DNA from: Tubiluchus corallicola
Lineage: Eukaryota; Animalia; Priapulida
Reading direction: 5' to 3'
Length of the DNA stretch: 64,000 nucleotides
Assembly (NCBI GenBank): GCA_030141605.1
Contig: JAQGDQ010000440.1
Location: forward strand, 133,146 to 197,145
Shown piece by piece: positions 53,012 through 61,933 of the stretch. The notes below the pieces were generated by a model, which searched no databases, had not been told where the DNA came from, and saw nothing but the letters and a program-made list of their open reading frames with translations. A program made the position numbers and the translations under genes. Each line of letters starts with the position of its first letter. Positions within the stretch are counted from its first letter, which is position 1.

Positions 53012-53983
53012 ATGAGACGAAGCGCCAGTGAAAAGATGGAAATTATCCGTATTGTTCAAGATTCGGAATTCGGAGTTAAGCGCACACTTGAAGAACTTGA
53101 CATCAGCCGAAGTACCTTTTACGAGTGGTACAAACGCTTCCTTGAGGGAGGATATGATGCACTCAAGCCCAAGCCGGTAAAACGCAAAAAGTTCTGGAAC
53201 AAGATATCCAACAAAGAACGAGAACTGGTTTTAGACACCGCTTTGGAACGTACAGATTTATCGCCTAGGGAACTAGCCCACCACATCACCGACCATCAAA
53301 AGTGGTTTATCAGCGAAACCAGCGTATATCGGATTCTCAAAGAGCAAGGGCTAATCACATCTCCTGCGTGGCTTTTAATGGCTGCATCCGATGATTTTAA
53401 AGATAAGACCACGCGTGTGCACCAGCAATGGCAAACCGATTTTACCTACTTTAAAATCATTGGATGGGGCTGGTATTATTTGGCTACCGTAATGGACGAT
53501 TATTCAAGTTATATCGTCACCTGGGAGCTTTGCCAAAGCATTGAGTCGGCCGATGCCAAGCATGTTATTCAAAAGGCTTTACATACGGCCAAAATACCTG
53601 CAGGCGATTGTCCCAGGTTACTCTCCGATAATGGAGCGTGCTACATATCAAACGAGTTTCAAAGCTTTTTAAAAGACACCAAAATGGGACATTTACGTGG
53701 AGCCCCATACCACCCTCAAACACAAGGGAAAATTGAGCGTTACCACCGCACCATGAAAAATCAGGTAAAGTTGGATAACTACTACTTTCCTGATGAACTA
53801 ATGACGGTTCTACAGGAGTTTGTATATAATTACAACAACCACCGGTATCATGAATCACTCAAGAATGTTACACCTGCCGACGTGTATTTTGGAAGGCAAA
53901 AACAGGTACTGGGCAATCGTGAAAATATTAAAATAAAAACGCTAAATGAAAAAAGAAAAAGGAATCAGAAAATCGCAGTGTAG
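53012..53983 (+). CDS. IS3 OrfB DDE transposase (integrase core)
   Basis: WQTDFTY, LSDNG, PQTQGKIERYH, YNNHRYHESLKNVTP. Confidence 0.93.
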   Translation: MRRSASEKMEIIRIVQDSEFGVKRTLEELDISRSTFYEWYKRFLEGGYDALKPKPVKRKKFWNKISNKERELVLDTALERTDLSPRELAHHITDHQKWFISETSVYRILKEQGLITSPAWLLMAASDDFKDKTTRVHQQWQTDFTYFKIIGWGWYYLATVMDDYSSYIVTWELCQSIESADAKHVIQKALHTAKIPAGDCPRLLSDNGACYISNEFQSFLKDTKMGHLRGAPYHPQTQGKIERYHRTMKNQVKLDNYYFPDELMTVLQEFVYNYNNHRYHESLKNVTPADVYFGRQKQVLGNRENIKIKTLNEKRKRNQKIAV

Positions 53984-54124
53984 CACTTTTGATTTATTGA
54001 AAACTCTGCGAGTTTCCAACAAGTCAACAGTGAATTATCATCACCATAAAAAAGAGAATTTGAATTATAAAACTATCTCTTAACTTTAAGCATCAATTTG
54101 TCCAATAAGTTTTGAAGTTAAACA

Positions 54125-54195
54125 CTGAGGAAAAATTTTATAAATGAAGATTTTGATAAAAGTGTTAATAAAAAGATAAGCTCTGAAAAAGCCTT
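54125..54195 (+). repeat. Element A, 3' part abutting the IS3 right end
   Basis: TGAGGAAAAATTT ... ATAAATGAAGATTTTGATAAAAGTGTTAATAAAAAGATAAGCTCTGAAAAAGCC. Confidence 0.75.
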
Positions 54196-54220
54196 CTGTT
54201 TTTTTAACACCTGAAGATGA

Positions 54221-54252
54221 TTTAGTTTTTAGTTTTTAGTTTTTAGTTTTTA
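54221..54252 (+). repeat. Heptanucleotide microsatellite (TTTAGTT)4+
   Basis: Read directly from the sequence. Confidence 0.9.
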
Positions 54253-54256
54253 ATCG

Positions 54257-54394
54257 AGGCCTTTGTAAAGCAAAATTTTGATTTATATTGAGGAAAGATT
54301 CAATGATAAACTACTCCTTAATTATTACAAGTGATGGTTTTGAAAAGAGTTTTGACGAAAATATTAACAAAAAGATAAGCTTTGCAAAAGCCCC
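54257..54394 (+). repeat. Element A copy
   Basis: GAGGCCTTTGTAAAGC ... GAGTTTTGACGAAAATATTAACAAAAAGATAAGCTTTGCAAAAGCCCC. Confidence 0.88.
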
Positions 54395-54433
54395 GATTAG
54401 TATTTTTTGTAAGGCTACAAGATAATTTGATAT

Positions 54434-56098
54434 ATGAAAAAACCGTATCTATTTTTAATAGTATTATGTATAGATGTCCTGACACCTGCCTGTACTCTAA
54501 AAGAGAGAGGCAAGTCAAAAAACGTAGCATCGCTTTACTCAGGGCCTATCACTATAAAGGACAAAATGTTTGTAGATAATAGTGGTCGGCAGGTGCTTTT
54601 AAACGGTATAAACCTGGTAAATAAAGATCCAAAGGTTAATTACATCGGGAATGAGGGGCCGGAGGTTTTTGAAAACTTCAAAAAGTGGGGATTTAATGTT
54701 ATTCGCTTAGGTGTTATCTGGGACGGGCTGGAGCCTGAGCCTGGTGTTTACAATGAGGCCTATTTGCAGAAGATTGATAAGCAAATAGAAATGGCAAAGG
54801 ATAATGGGCTATACGTTTTTCTGGATATGCATCAGGATCTTTTTAGCGTAAAGTATAGTGACGGAGCTCCTGAATGGGCAACCCTAGATGAAGGTAAACC
54901 GCATGTACGAGGAAATGTGTGGAGTGATGCATACCTGATCAGTCCCGCAGTTCAGACTTCATGGGATAATTTCTGGAATAATGCACCTGCTCCAGATGGG
55001 GTGGGCGTACAGGAGCATTATGCCAAAGCGTGGCAACATGTTGCCAAAAGATATGTCAATAATAGCACCGTTATTGGTTTCGATATTATGAATGAACCAT
55101 TTGTTGGCTCGAAAGCGCAGATGTTCATGCCTCTTTTGTTCTCTGCTTACGCCCGATCGGTGCCGACTAAATCGGGTAAGCCTCTAACTGCAAATGATGT
55201 GGGTATGATGTGGGCAGACATAGAAGGGAGATACAAAGCACTTCAGGGGATAGCTGATAAAGAGAGGTTTTCTCAGGTAATAGATGCGGTTTATGAGCTG
55301 AACAGTGTTTTTGAGTCTGGCCCTCTACAGGCTTTCTATCAAAGAGTAGCCGATGCTATACGCGAGGTAGACAAGGATAAAATACTGTTCTTTAACCATA
55401 GTTATTTTTGCAATAGTGGTGTAATAACTGCTTTAGAACCAGTGAAAAGAGCAGATGGACAACCCGATCTGGCGGTGGCATATGCTGCACACGGGTATGA
55501 CCTGCTGGTAGATACAGACAGCCTGTCCAACTCAAGTGATGCACGACTGGAATTGATCTTTGAACGTATTAACGAAAGCGGCAAAAGAATGAACATACCT
55601 GTGCTTATTGGTGAATGGGGTGCCCTTGGCAGTGACTCGCCAGGGCGTACAGAATTAGCTCATAAGCACCTAAGGCTTTTTGAAAAGTTTCTATTTAGTA
55701 ACTCATACTGGGCCTATGGTCCCGATATCGAAAACCGATCTTATTTTAAGCAAGGGGTAGTGCGCCCCTACCCTGCTGTAGTTGCAGGTGAGCTAATCAG
55801 CTATGGATACAACCCTGACAGTGGTGAATTTACATGTAGATGGCTGGAAAAAGCCAATATCAACTCTCCAACAGGAATCTATATTCCAGCTCTGAACGCA
55901 CTATCTTATAAAAAGATAAAGTTAACACCTAACACAGATGGAATCACTCTGGAGCCGATTGAGGGTAGTAGCGGAGGTTATATAATCATTTCTGCAACAG
56001 GTAAAAGCCAGCAACGGGAAATCTCTTTTACTATTAAACAGGAGAAGATGTCTTCCCGTATCACAATGGAGCAGCCAGCCAGAATAAAGAAGAAGTAG
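54434..56098 (+). CDS. GH5 glycoside hydrolase, endoglycoceramidase-like
   Basis: GFNVIRLGVIWDGLEPEPG, LDMHQD, DIMNEP (acid/base), IGEWG (nucleophile), RPYP before the C-terminal domain. Confidence 0.85.
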   Translation: MKKPYLFLIVLCIDVLTPACTLKERGKSKNVASLYSGPITIKDKMFVDNSGRQVLLNGINLVNKDPKVNYIGNEGPEVFENFKKWGFNVIRLGVIWDGLEPEPGVYNEAYLQKIDKQIEMAKDNGLYVFLDMHQDLFSVKYSDGAPEWATLDEGKPHVRGNVWSDAYLISPAVQTSWDNFWNNAPAPDGVGVQEHYAKAWQHVAKRYVNNSTVIGFDIMNEPFVGSKAQMFMPLLFSAYARSVPTKSGKPLTANDVGMMWADIEGRYKALQGIADKERFSQVIDAVYELNSVFESGPLQAFYQRVADAIREVDKDKILFFNHSYFCNSGVITALEPVKRADGQPDLAVAYAAHGYDLLVDTDSLSNSSDARLELIFERINESGKRMNIPVLIGEWGALGSDSPGRTELAHKHLRLFEKFLFSNSYWAYGPDIENRSYFKQGVVRPYPAVVAGELISYGYNPDSGEFTCRWLEKANINSPTGIYIPALNALSYKKIKLTPNTDGITLEPIEGSSGGYIIISATGKSQQREISFTIKQEKMSSRITMEQPARIKKK

Positions 56099-56253
56099 AC
56101 CTCTGCAACAGCAATTATAAGAAGCAATTGGGGTTATAGGCAGCGCTATCTGTTTTATGCCGAAAGCCCCCGGCAAACTTGTGTTTACACGATGCTTATC
56201 TACGCAGGAAGAACATACACCAGGCAGACAAAGCTAAAGCCCTCAGCTTTTGC

Positions 56254-56663
56254 TTATCCAGCTGTCCCTTAAAAATTAATTTTTGTTGAGGAAAAATTTT
56301 ACTATTTGTATATTTTGACCTGGGATACAATAAAGCCCTCTGGAGGTTTAAAAAAATGTACAATTCGTATTAACAATTATACAGCTGTTTTTGATGTAGT
56401 ACATTCTTGATACAAAAGAGATAAAAGTCAAGCGTGTGAAGGGCTTTCTTTACGCTCACAAAAGAGCCAAAAAATCAAGCATGTAAATGTTTTTGACGAA
56501 AAACTACGCCGGCGACTTCGCTATCTTCCCAAAACTTCTCTTTTGGTAAAAAGCTCAGGCAGTGAGAAAATTTTTCACTCCATAAGTGCTCATTTGGAAA
56601 ATCTCCAGGTATAACAAATTAAATTCAGGGTTTAGTTCGATTTTTTTTATATTTTTAGCTGGG
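56254..56663 (-). repeat. Element B copy 3
   Basis: Reverse complement shares GGGAAGATAGCGAAG, CCTCCAGAGGG, TCAAAATATACAAATAGTAAA and CTCAACAAAAATTAATTTTTAAGGGACAG with copies 1 and 2. Confidence 0.8.
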
Positions 56664-56732
56664 AAGAGAGAAGGTAAGTTATCTGCAAAGAGCATATTAT
56701 TATACTCCTGCTTAATGAACAAAACCAACAGC

Positions 56733-58088
56733 ATGAAAATTTTCACAACAGCTTTAGCGCTCCTGCTTTTTAGCTTCTGTTTTGCACAGAAAAAACCCAA
56801 TATTGTTATTTTTTTTGCTGATGACCTGGGATACGGAGATTTATCCTGTTACGGGCATCCCAACATCAGAACTCCACATATCGATAGGTTAGCAAAGGAT
56901 GGTATAAAACTCACATCTTTTTATGTTGCCGGTGCAGTATGTACTCCCTCCAGGGCAGGGCTACTCACAGGGCGTTACCCCTTTCACTCCGTAAAGGAAA
57001 ATTTTATGCCTGAATCAACAGGTGGTATGAGCATGGATGTTCCTGTTATCCCTGAGATATTAAAACAAGAAGGGTATAAGTCAATGATTGCTGGCAAGTG
57101 GCACTTAGGACATGCAAAAAAGGAGTTTCTCCCGACAGGACGCGGCTTCGATCACTTCTACGGGCTGGCATACAGCAATGATATGATTAAGCCGTGGGTA
57201 AATACGGATTCTCCGCTAATGTTATACGTTGATGATATGCCTACCGAGGAGGTGAATTACGATCAGGATGAACTAACTATTGCTTGTACGGAAGAGGCTA
57301 TAAAGTTTATTAAGGAAAATCGGTCTGATCCTTTTTTCCTGTATATACCGTATATTATGCCCCATCTTCCTATAAGCACAGGTAAAGAGTTTACGGGTAA
57401 GTCAGAAGGTGGCCTCTACGGAGATGTTATAGAGACATTGGACTGGAGCGTTGGTGAGGTTATGGGCTCTTTGGAAAAGTTTGGCCTGCTTGACAACACA
57501 TTAGTAATATTCTCTAGCGATAACGGGCCGTGGAATGAGTTGCCTCCAAGAATGCTGCAGAAGGGGATAAAGCCCTGGCATCAGGGTACAGCAGGGCACT
57601 TAAAGGGATCGAAAGACAGTTCGTATGAAGGGGGAATGAGAGTACCTGGAATATTCTACTGGAAAGGGAACATCCCTGCCGGACAGGTCTCCTCTGATAT
57701 TGTCAGCACACTGGATATTTTGCCAACACTAATAGAGGTTACCGGGACCGCTACAGTACAGGATAGCAGCTTTGATGGTTCGAGTCTATTATCATTTCTA
57801 AAAGGCGAAAACGCCTCCCCAAGAAAGGAGTTTTACTATTTTATGGGAACAAAGCTGGAGGCTTTCCGCAAAGGGGAATGGAAGCTTCGCCTTTCAAATA
57901 AGCGAAGAGGTGAAAAGAAACAGGGTGATCCCGTAACACCAGAACTATATAATATGAAGGTTGATCCGTATGAAAGATATAATGTAGCAAATGAACACCC
58001 CGAAGTGGTCCGGGATATGATAAGCGCTATGAAAGCAAAAGTGAAGGAGGTGGGCGGAAGTGTAAACAGACATGAGTTTTTACAATAA
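56733..58088 (+). CDS. Sulfatase (S1 family, arylsulfatase-like, Cys-type)
   Basis: KPNIVIFFADDLGYGD, CTPSRAGLLTGR, GKWHLG, SSDNG. Start placed at the signal-peptide ATG 56733; the ORF-track start lies inside element B. Confidence 0.92.
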   Translation: MKIFTTALALLLFSFCFAQKKPNIVIFFADDLGYGDLSCYGHPNIRTPHIDRLAKDGIKLTSFYVAGAVCTPSRAGLLTGRYPFHSVKENFMPESTGGMSMDVPVIPEILKQEGYKSMIAGKWHLGHAKKEFLPTGRGFDHFYGLAYSNDMIKPWVNTDSPLMLYVDDMPTEEVNYDQDELTIACTEEAIKFIKENRSDPFFLYIPYIMPHLPISTGKEFTGKSEGGLYGDVIETLDWSVGEVMGSLEKFGLLDNTLVIFSSDNGPWNELPPRMLQKGIKPWHQGTAGHLKGSKDSSYEGGMRVPGIFYWKGNIPAGQVSSDIVSTLDILPTLIEVTGTATVQDSSFDGSSLLSFLKGENASPRKEFYYFMGTKLEAFRKGEWKLRLSNKRRGEKKQGDPVTPELYNMKVDPYERYNVANEHPEVVRDMISAMKAKVKEVGGSVNRHEFLQ

Positions 58089-58163
58089 GATTTAAAGAGA
58101 AGAGTTCTGCCTACCGCCTACCAGGATAGGCGATGTTTATTCGATTTTTAAACGAGTATTACA

Positions 58164-59330
58164 ATGAGAAAAGAGTTATCCATCTTTTTATTTTTCCTGT
58201 TTTTATCTTTTTCCGAGAGCTATAGTCAAAGGAGTGATATGCTTTGTGTCGGACATCACTGGACAGAAGACAAAGCCAATTTGATGATGAAAGAGTTTTC
58301 AAAAAACTGGCACGATATTGAGACATGGGAAAAGCAGGCAGATATAGTTAGAAAGGGTATAATAGAAGGGATGAAGCTAGCCCGAATGCCTGACATTAAG
58401 GAGAACTTCAATGCTAGAATAACGAACACACGGGTATTTGACGGATATATTGTTGAAAATATTATAATCGAAAGCTTTCCCGGGTTTTATATCACGGGAA
58501 ACTTATATAGGCCCGCTATAGTAAAAGGCAAGAACGCTGCAATACTATCTCCCCACGGACATGGAAAAGATAAGCGGCTGTTTGAAGATGTTCAGAAAAG
58601 GTGCGCCGTGCTTGCCCGCATGGGAGCAGTAGTTCTTGCTTACGATATGGTTGGGTACGCCGATTGCAAACAGGTGAGTCATAAAATAGATATTGCACTT
58701 TTACTACAAACGTGGAACAGCAAGCGGGTTCTTGAATATCTACTTTCTCGCTCCGATGTTGACCCCGAAAGAGTTGGTATGACAGGAGGCTCCGGTGGTG
58801 GCACACAGACCTTTATTCTTGCAGCTATCGATGAGAGGATAAAAGTTTCTGTTCCTGTGGTACAGGTGTCAGCACATTTTTTCGGAGGGTGTGTATGCGA
58901 AAGCGGCATGCCAATCCATAAAAGCGAACTCCACCAAACAAACAACGTCGAGATTGCAGCGCTTTGCGCTCCCAGGCCAATGATGTTAATTTCCAACGGA
59001 AATGACTGGACAAGAAATACACCACTTATAGAATATCCGTATATACAGAGGGTTTATGCCCTGTATAATGCCGAGCATCGGGTTGAGAATGTTCACCTGC
59101 AGGCAGAGAGACACGATTATGGCTATTCAAAGCGCGCCGCAGCTTATAACTTTTTCGCCTATCACCTAAAGCTAAACATAGATAAGGAGCTGTTCGATCC
59201 ATCTATAAAAGAGGATTTTGTTACTGTTCTACCGGCAGACCAGCTTAGAGTATATAGTAGTAGTAATCCGCTGCCGGATAATGCTCTTATGGGAGATAAG
59301 GCTGTAATACAGTACTTAAATCTTAATTGA
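58164..59330 (+). CDS. Alpha/beta hydrolase, acetyl-xylan-esterase-like
   Basis: Signal peptide, PHGH, GMTGGSGGGTQT nucleophile elbow, APRPMMLIS, HDYG. Confidence 0.8.
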   Translation: MRKELSIFLFFLFLSFSESYSQRSDMLCVGHHWTEDKANLMMKEFSKNWHDIETWEKQADIVRKGIIEGMKLARMPDIKENFNARITNTRVFDGYIVENIIIESFPGFYITGNLYRPAIVKGKNAAILSPHGHGKDKRLFEDVQKRCAVLARMGAVVLAYDMVGYADCKQVSHKIDIALLLQTWNSKRVLEYLLSRSDVDPERVGMTGGSGGGTQTFILAAIDERIKVSVPVVQVSAHFFGGCVCESGMPIHKSELHQTNNVEIAALCAPRPMMLISNGNDWTRNTPLIEYPYIQRVYALYNAEHRVENVHLQAERHDYGYSKRAAAYNFFAYHLKLNIDKELFDPSIKEDFVTVLPADQLRVYSSSNPLPDNALMGDKAVIQYLNLN

Positions 59331-59337
59331 CAAAGCA

Positions 59338-59473
59338 AAGCCTTTGTAAGACCTACCCTCTTTCACCTGTTTTTTTGCAATAGCCCTGTTGAAAATCCTC
59401 ATTCGTACTCAAACCGAAACCTTCAATGCTTTTTCTCTGCATAATCCATGGTATTTCGCATTGAAAAGAGCTC
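59338..59473 (-). repeat. Element A copy (degenerate)
   Basis: Reverse complement: GAGCTCTTTTCAATGCGAAATA ... GAATGAGGATTTTCAACAGGG ... GGTCTTACAAAGGCTT. Confidence 0.6.
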
Positions 59474-59506
59474 AAGTCACTTTTGGTATCTTTCTAGAAT
59501 CGCCAT

Positions 59507-60109
59507 CTACTTAAAAGCATTCCAGGTCAAATTCTCCTCTTTCCACTTATTTTTAGGCTGGTCTACACCTGTAGGATACCCTATAGGTATTATATTTAGT
59601 GGAACAAGGTGATCCGGCATAGATAAAATCTGTTTTACAAAATCTATCCTGCTGGGATACGGAAACAGAGCTGTCCAGACGGCTCCAAGCTTCATTGACT
59701 CTGCAGCTAAAAGAATGTTTTCAGATGCAGCAGAGCAATCCATCACCCAGTAATCTTTATAGTGGGTAGTATCCGCCTTAGACAAATTGCCACAAACAAT
59801 AATGGCAGCAGAGGCATTTTTCAGCATCTTTGCATAAGGAAGACCTCCCGCCATTTCATCCATCAGCTTTCTATCATCTATTATGATAAAATGCCATGGC
59901 TGCAGGTTTTTTCCCGTAGGAGCAGCCATACCCGCCTTTACAAGTTTAATAACATCCTCCCTTCTTACCTTCTGCTTCGTAAAATGCCTTACGCTTTTCC
60001 GGCTATGAATAACACTTAATACAGGATTTTCATCTTTTTTTTCTGAAGTTGTTCGATTGCAGCAAGAAAAAAGTGTGCTTAGGATTGTCATAAGGTACAG
60101 TATTTTCAT
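59507..60109 (-). CDS. Nitroreductase family protein (possible lipoprotein)
   Basis: SRKSVRHF, AAPTGKNLQPW, LAAESMKLGAVW, IPIGYP; N-terminal LFSCC. Confidence 0.92.
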   Translation of the reverse strand: MKILYLMTILSTLFSCCNRTTSEKKDENPVLSVIHSRKSVRHFTKQKVRREDVIKLVKAGMAAPTGKNLQPWHFIIIDDRKLMDEMAGGLPYAKMLKNASAAIIVCGNLSKADTTHYKDYWVMDCSAASENILLAAESMKLGAVWTALFPYPSRIDFVKQILSMPDHLVPLNIIPIGYPTGVDQPKNKWKEENLTWNAFK

Positions 60110-60425
60110 TTATTTATGAATATTTTTAATTTGCTGTACAAATGTATTGTTTTTGACTCGTTTTACACCCTCTTTTTTTATGTTGGCCAAAAGTTTTGTA
60201 AAAGCTGCTTCCCTATTGGTACCTTAGTGCTTACTTTAAGAAATTCTCTGAATATTTTCAGCACTTATATGTGCAAAAAGCGCCGAACTTTAGTATACTA
60301 TGTATCAAAAGAGCTATATCCCATGTTGAAGATTACTTACTATTCGTGAAAAGAACTTGTACATAAGTTGATTATGACTTATTAGAACATTTACTTCCAC
60401 CTTATCACCAAATCGTGAACGAACC

Positions 60426-60485
60426 TGGAAATTTTCATTAGCCCTTCTCAGCAAAAATCAAAATACTTCGCGTTATAAAGGTCTC
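60426..60485 (-). repeat. Element A, 5' half only
   Basis: Reverse complement GAGACCTTTATAACGCGAAGTATTTTGATTTTTGCTGAG; breaks off just before the core. Confidence 0.55.
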
Positions 60486-60648
60486 ACTTTGATTTGATAC
60501 CTTTGTCCCGGTCAGGCCTTTGTAGATTTAAAAGAGAAGTAAAGCAGACCTTGTCAGAAAAACAGGCTTATGCTATTTACTGTAAGGAGACTGCCTATGA
60601 CCTTGCATTCGGAATTAATAATGAAGTTCACACCTGCTAATTGGACTT

Positions 60649-61569
60649 ATGCTTACATCTAAGTATGATATTGCAACAATACTAGGAGCAACAGCCACCG
60701 GTAAAACAAAGCTAGCCGTACACCTGGCAAACCGCCTCAGAGCAGAAATAATCTCGGCAGACTCCCGGCAGGTATACAGAGAAATGGATATAGGCACAGG
60801 CAAAGATATTAAAGAATATAATATAGACGGGAGAGCGGTGCCATACCACATGATAAACATTGTAGATGCCGGGTACCAATACAGTGTCTACGAGTATCAA
60901 AGAGACTTTCTTGAGGTTTACAAGGATATGAAACGTAGAAGCATCTTCCCTATTCTTTGCGGCGGCAGCGGAATGTATATAGATTCTGTCTTAAAGGGGT
61001 ATAGAATGCTTCAGGTGCCCATTGATAAAGAAAGACGGCTCGAACTATCCCGAAAAAGTCTTGATGAACTTACCACTATCTTGTTATCATACAAACAAGC
61101 CCACAACACCAGCGATACCATTAACAAAAAAAGAACGATAAGAGCAATTGAGATAGAAGAGTACTACAGGTCTCGCCCCGAAAGTAGTTTCTCATTTCCC
61201 AAAATCAACAGTTTGATAATAGGTATAAAGTTCGATCGTGATTCGCGCAGACAACGTATCACCGAAAGACTAAAAAAAAGAGTTGACAATGGTATGATTG
61301 ATGAAGTAAAGCGCCTGCTAAACAAAAAGATGAGCCCAGAATCTCTTATCTATTACGGCCTCGAATACAAATATATTACCCAGCACATCACTGGAGAAAT
61401 AACATACAGGGAGATGTTTGACAGCCTTGAAACAGCAATTCATCAATTTGCCAAAAGACAGATGACATGGTTCAGAAGAATGGAGAAGCAAGGATTTGAT
61501 ATACACTGGATTGATGGTTATACTCCAATAGAAAAAAAAATAGAAAAAATACTACACCTGCTACAATAA
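60649..61569 (+). CDS. miaA: tRNA dimethylallyltransferase
   Basis: GATATGKT, ISADSRQVY, DIGTGK, GGSGMY, FAKRQMTWFR. Confidence 0.93.
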   Translation: MLTSKYDIATILGATATGKTKLAVHLANRLRAEIISADSRQVYREMDIGTGKDIKEYNIDGRAVPYHMINIVDAGYQYSVYEYQRDFLEVYKDMKRRSIFPILCGGSGMYIDSVLKGYRMLQVPIDKERRLELSRKSLDELTTILLSYKQAHNTSDTINKKRTIRAIEIEEYYRSRPESSFSFPKINSLIIGIKFDRDSRRQRITERLKKRVDNGMIDEVKRLLNKKMSPESLIYYGLEYKYITQHITGEITYREMFDSLETAIHQFAKRQMTWFRRMEKQGFDIHWIDGYTPIEKKIEKILHLLQ

Positions 61570-61933
61570 GAGGTGCAATAGAAAATACAGAAAAAAGCCT
61601 TGTGCGTATAGCTTTCTTAAAATGGTAATATTAAAAAAATAAGTAATAAGTGAGCTCCCAATCCCTTAGAAGATATATAATTCACAGCTATAGCGTCTTG
61701 TCTACGAAGTAAAATAAGCATTAAAAGTGTAAAGAGCACCTATAAAAATAAGAAACCGCTATCCATTCTATATCATAAGCTGTGTCATAATTTTAATTAC
61801 ATCTTTTATATAACTCAGTATAAAACTTGATCATCAAAAATTTTCTTTGTACTTTTAAAGCCTAAAAACTAAGCAAATTAAATCACTTTTTTACACCCTA
61901 AAACATACGCAATAGTAATAGTCTTATTATATT

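Larger units (their letters stand above)
52565..54124 (+). mobile_element. IS3-family insertion sequence (1560 bp)
   Basis: TG...CA ends; imperfect IRs sharing GGACAAATTG; orfA/orfB with AAAAAAAG slippery site at 52974-52981 and orfB in the -1 frame; no target duplication (GCAA vs CTGA). Confidence 0.93.

Noticed and set aside
56586-56732. N-terminal extension of the sulfatase in the ORF track
   Set aside because: It runs through element B copy 3; the signal peptide begins at ATG 56733.
60116-60349. 77-aa ORF upstream of the nitroreductase gene
   Set aside because: No motifs; it spans the divergent promoter region and is probably spurious.
9901-60485. Element A as a CRISPR array
   Set aside because: Copies are dispersed, about 135 bp long and divergent, with no regular repeat-spacer period and no cas genes in the window.
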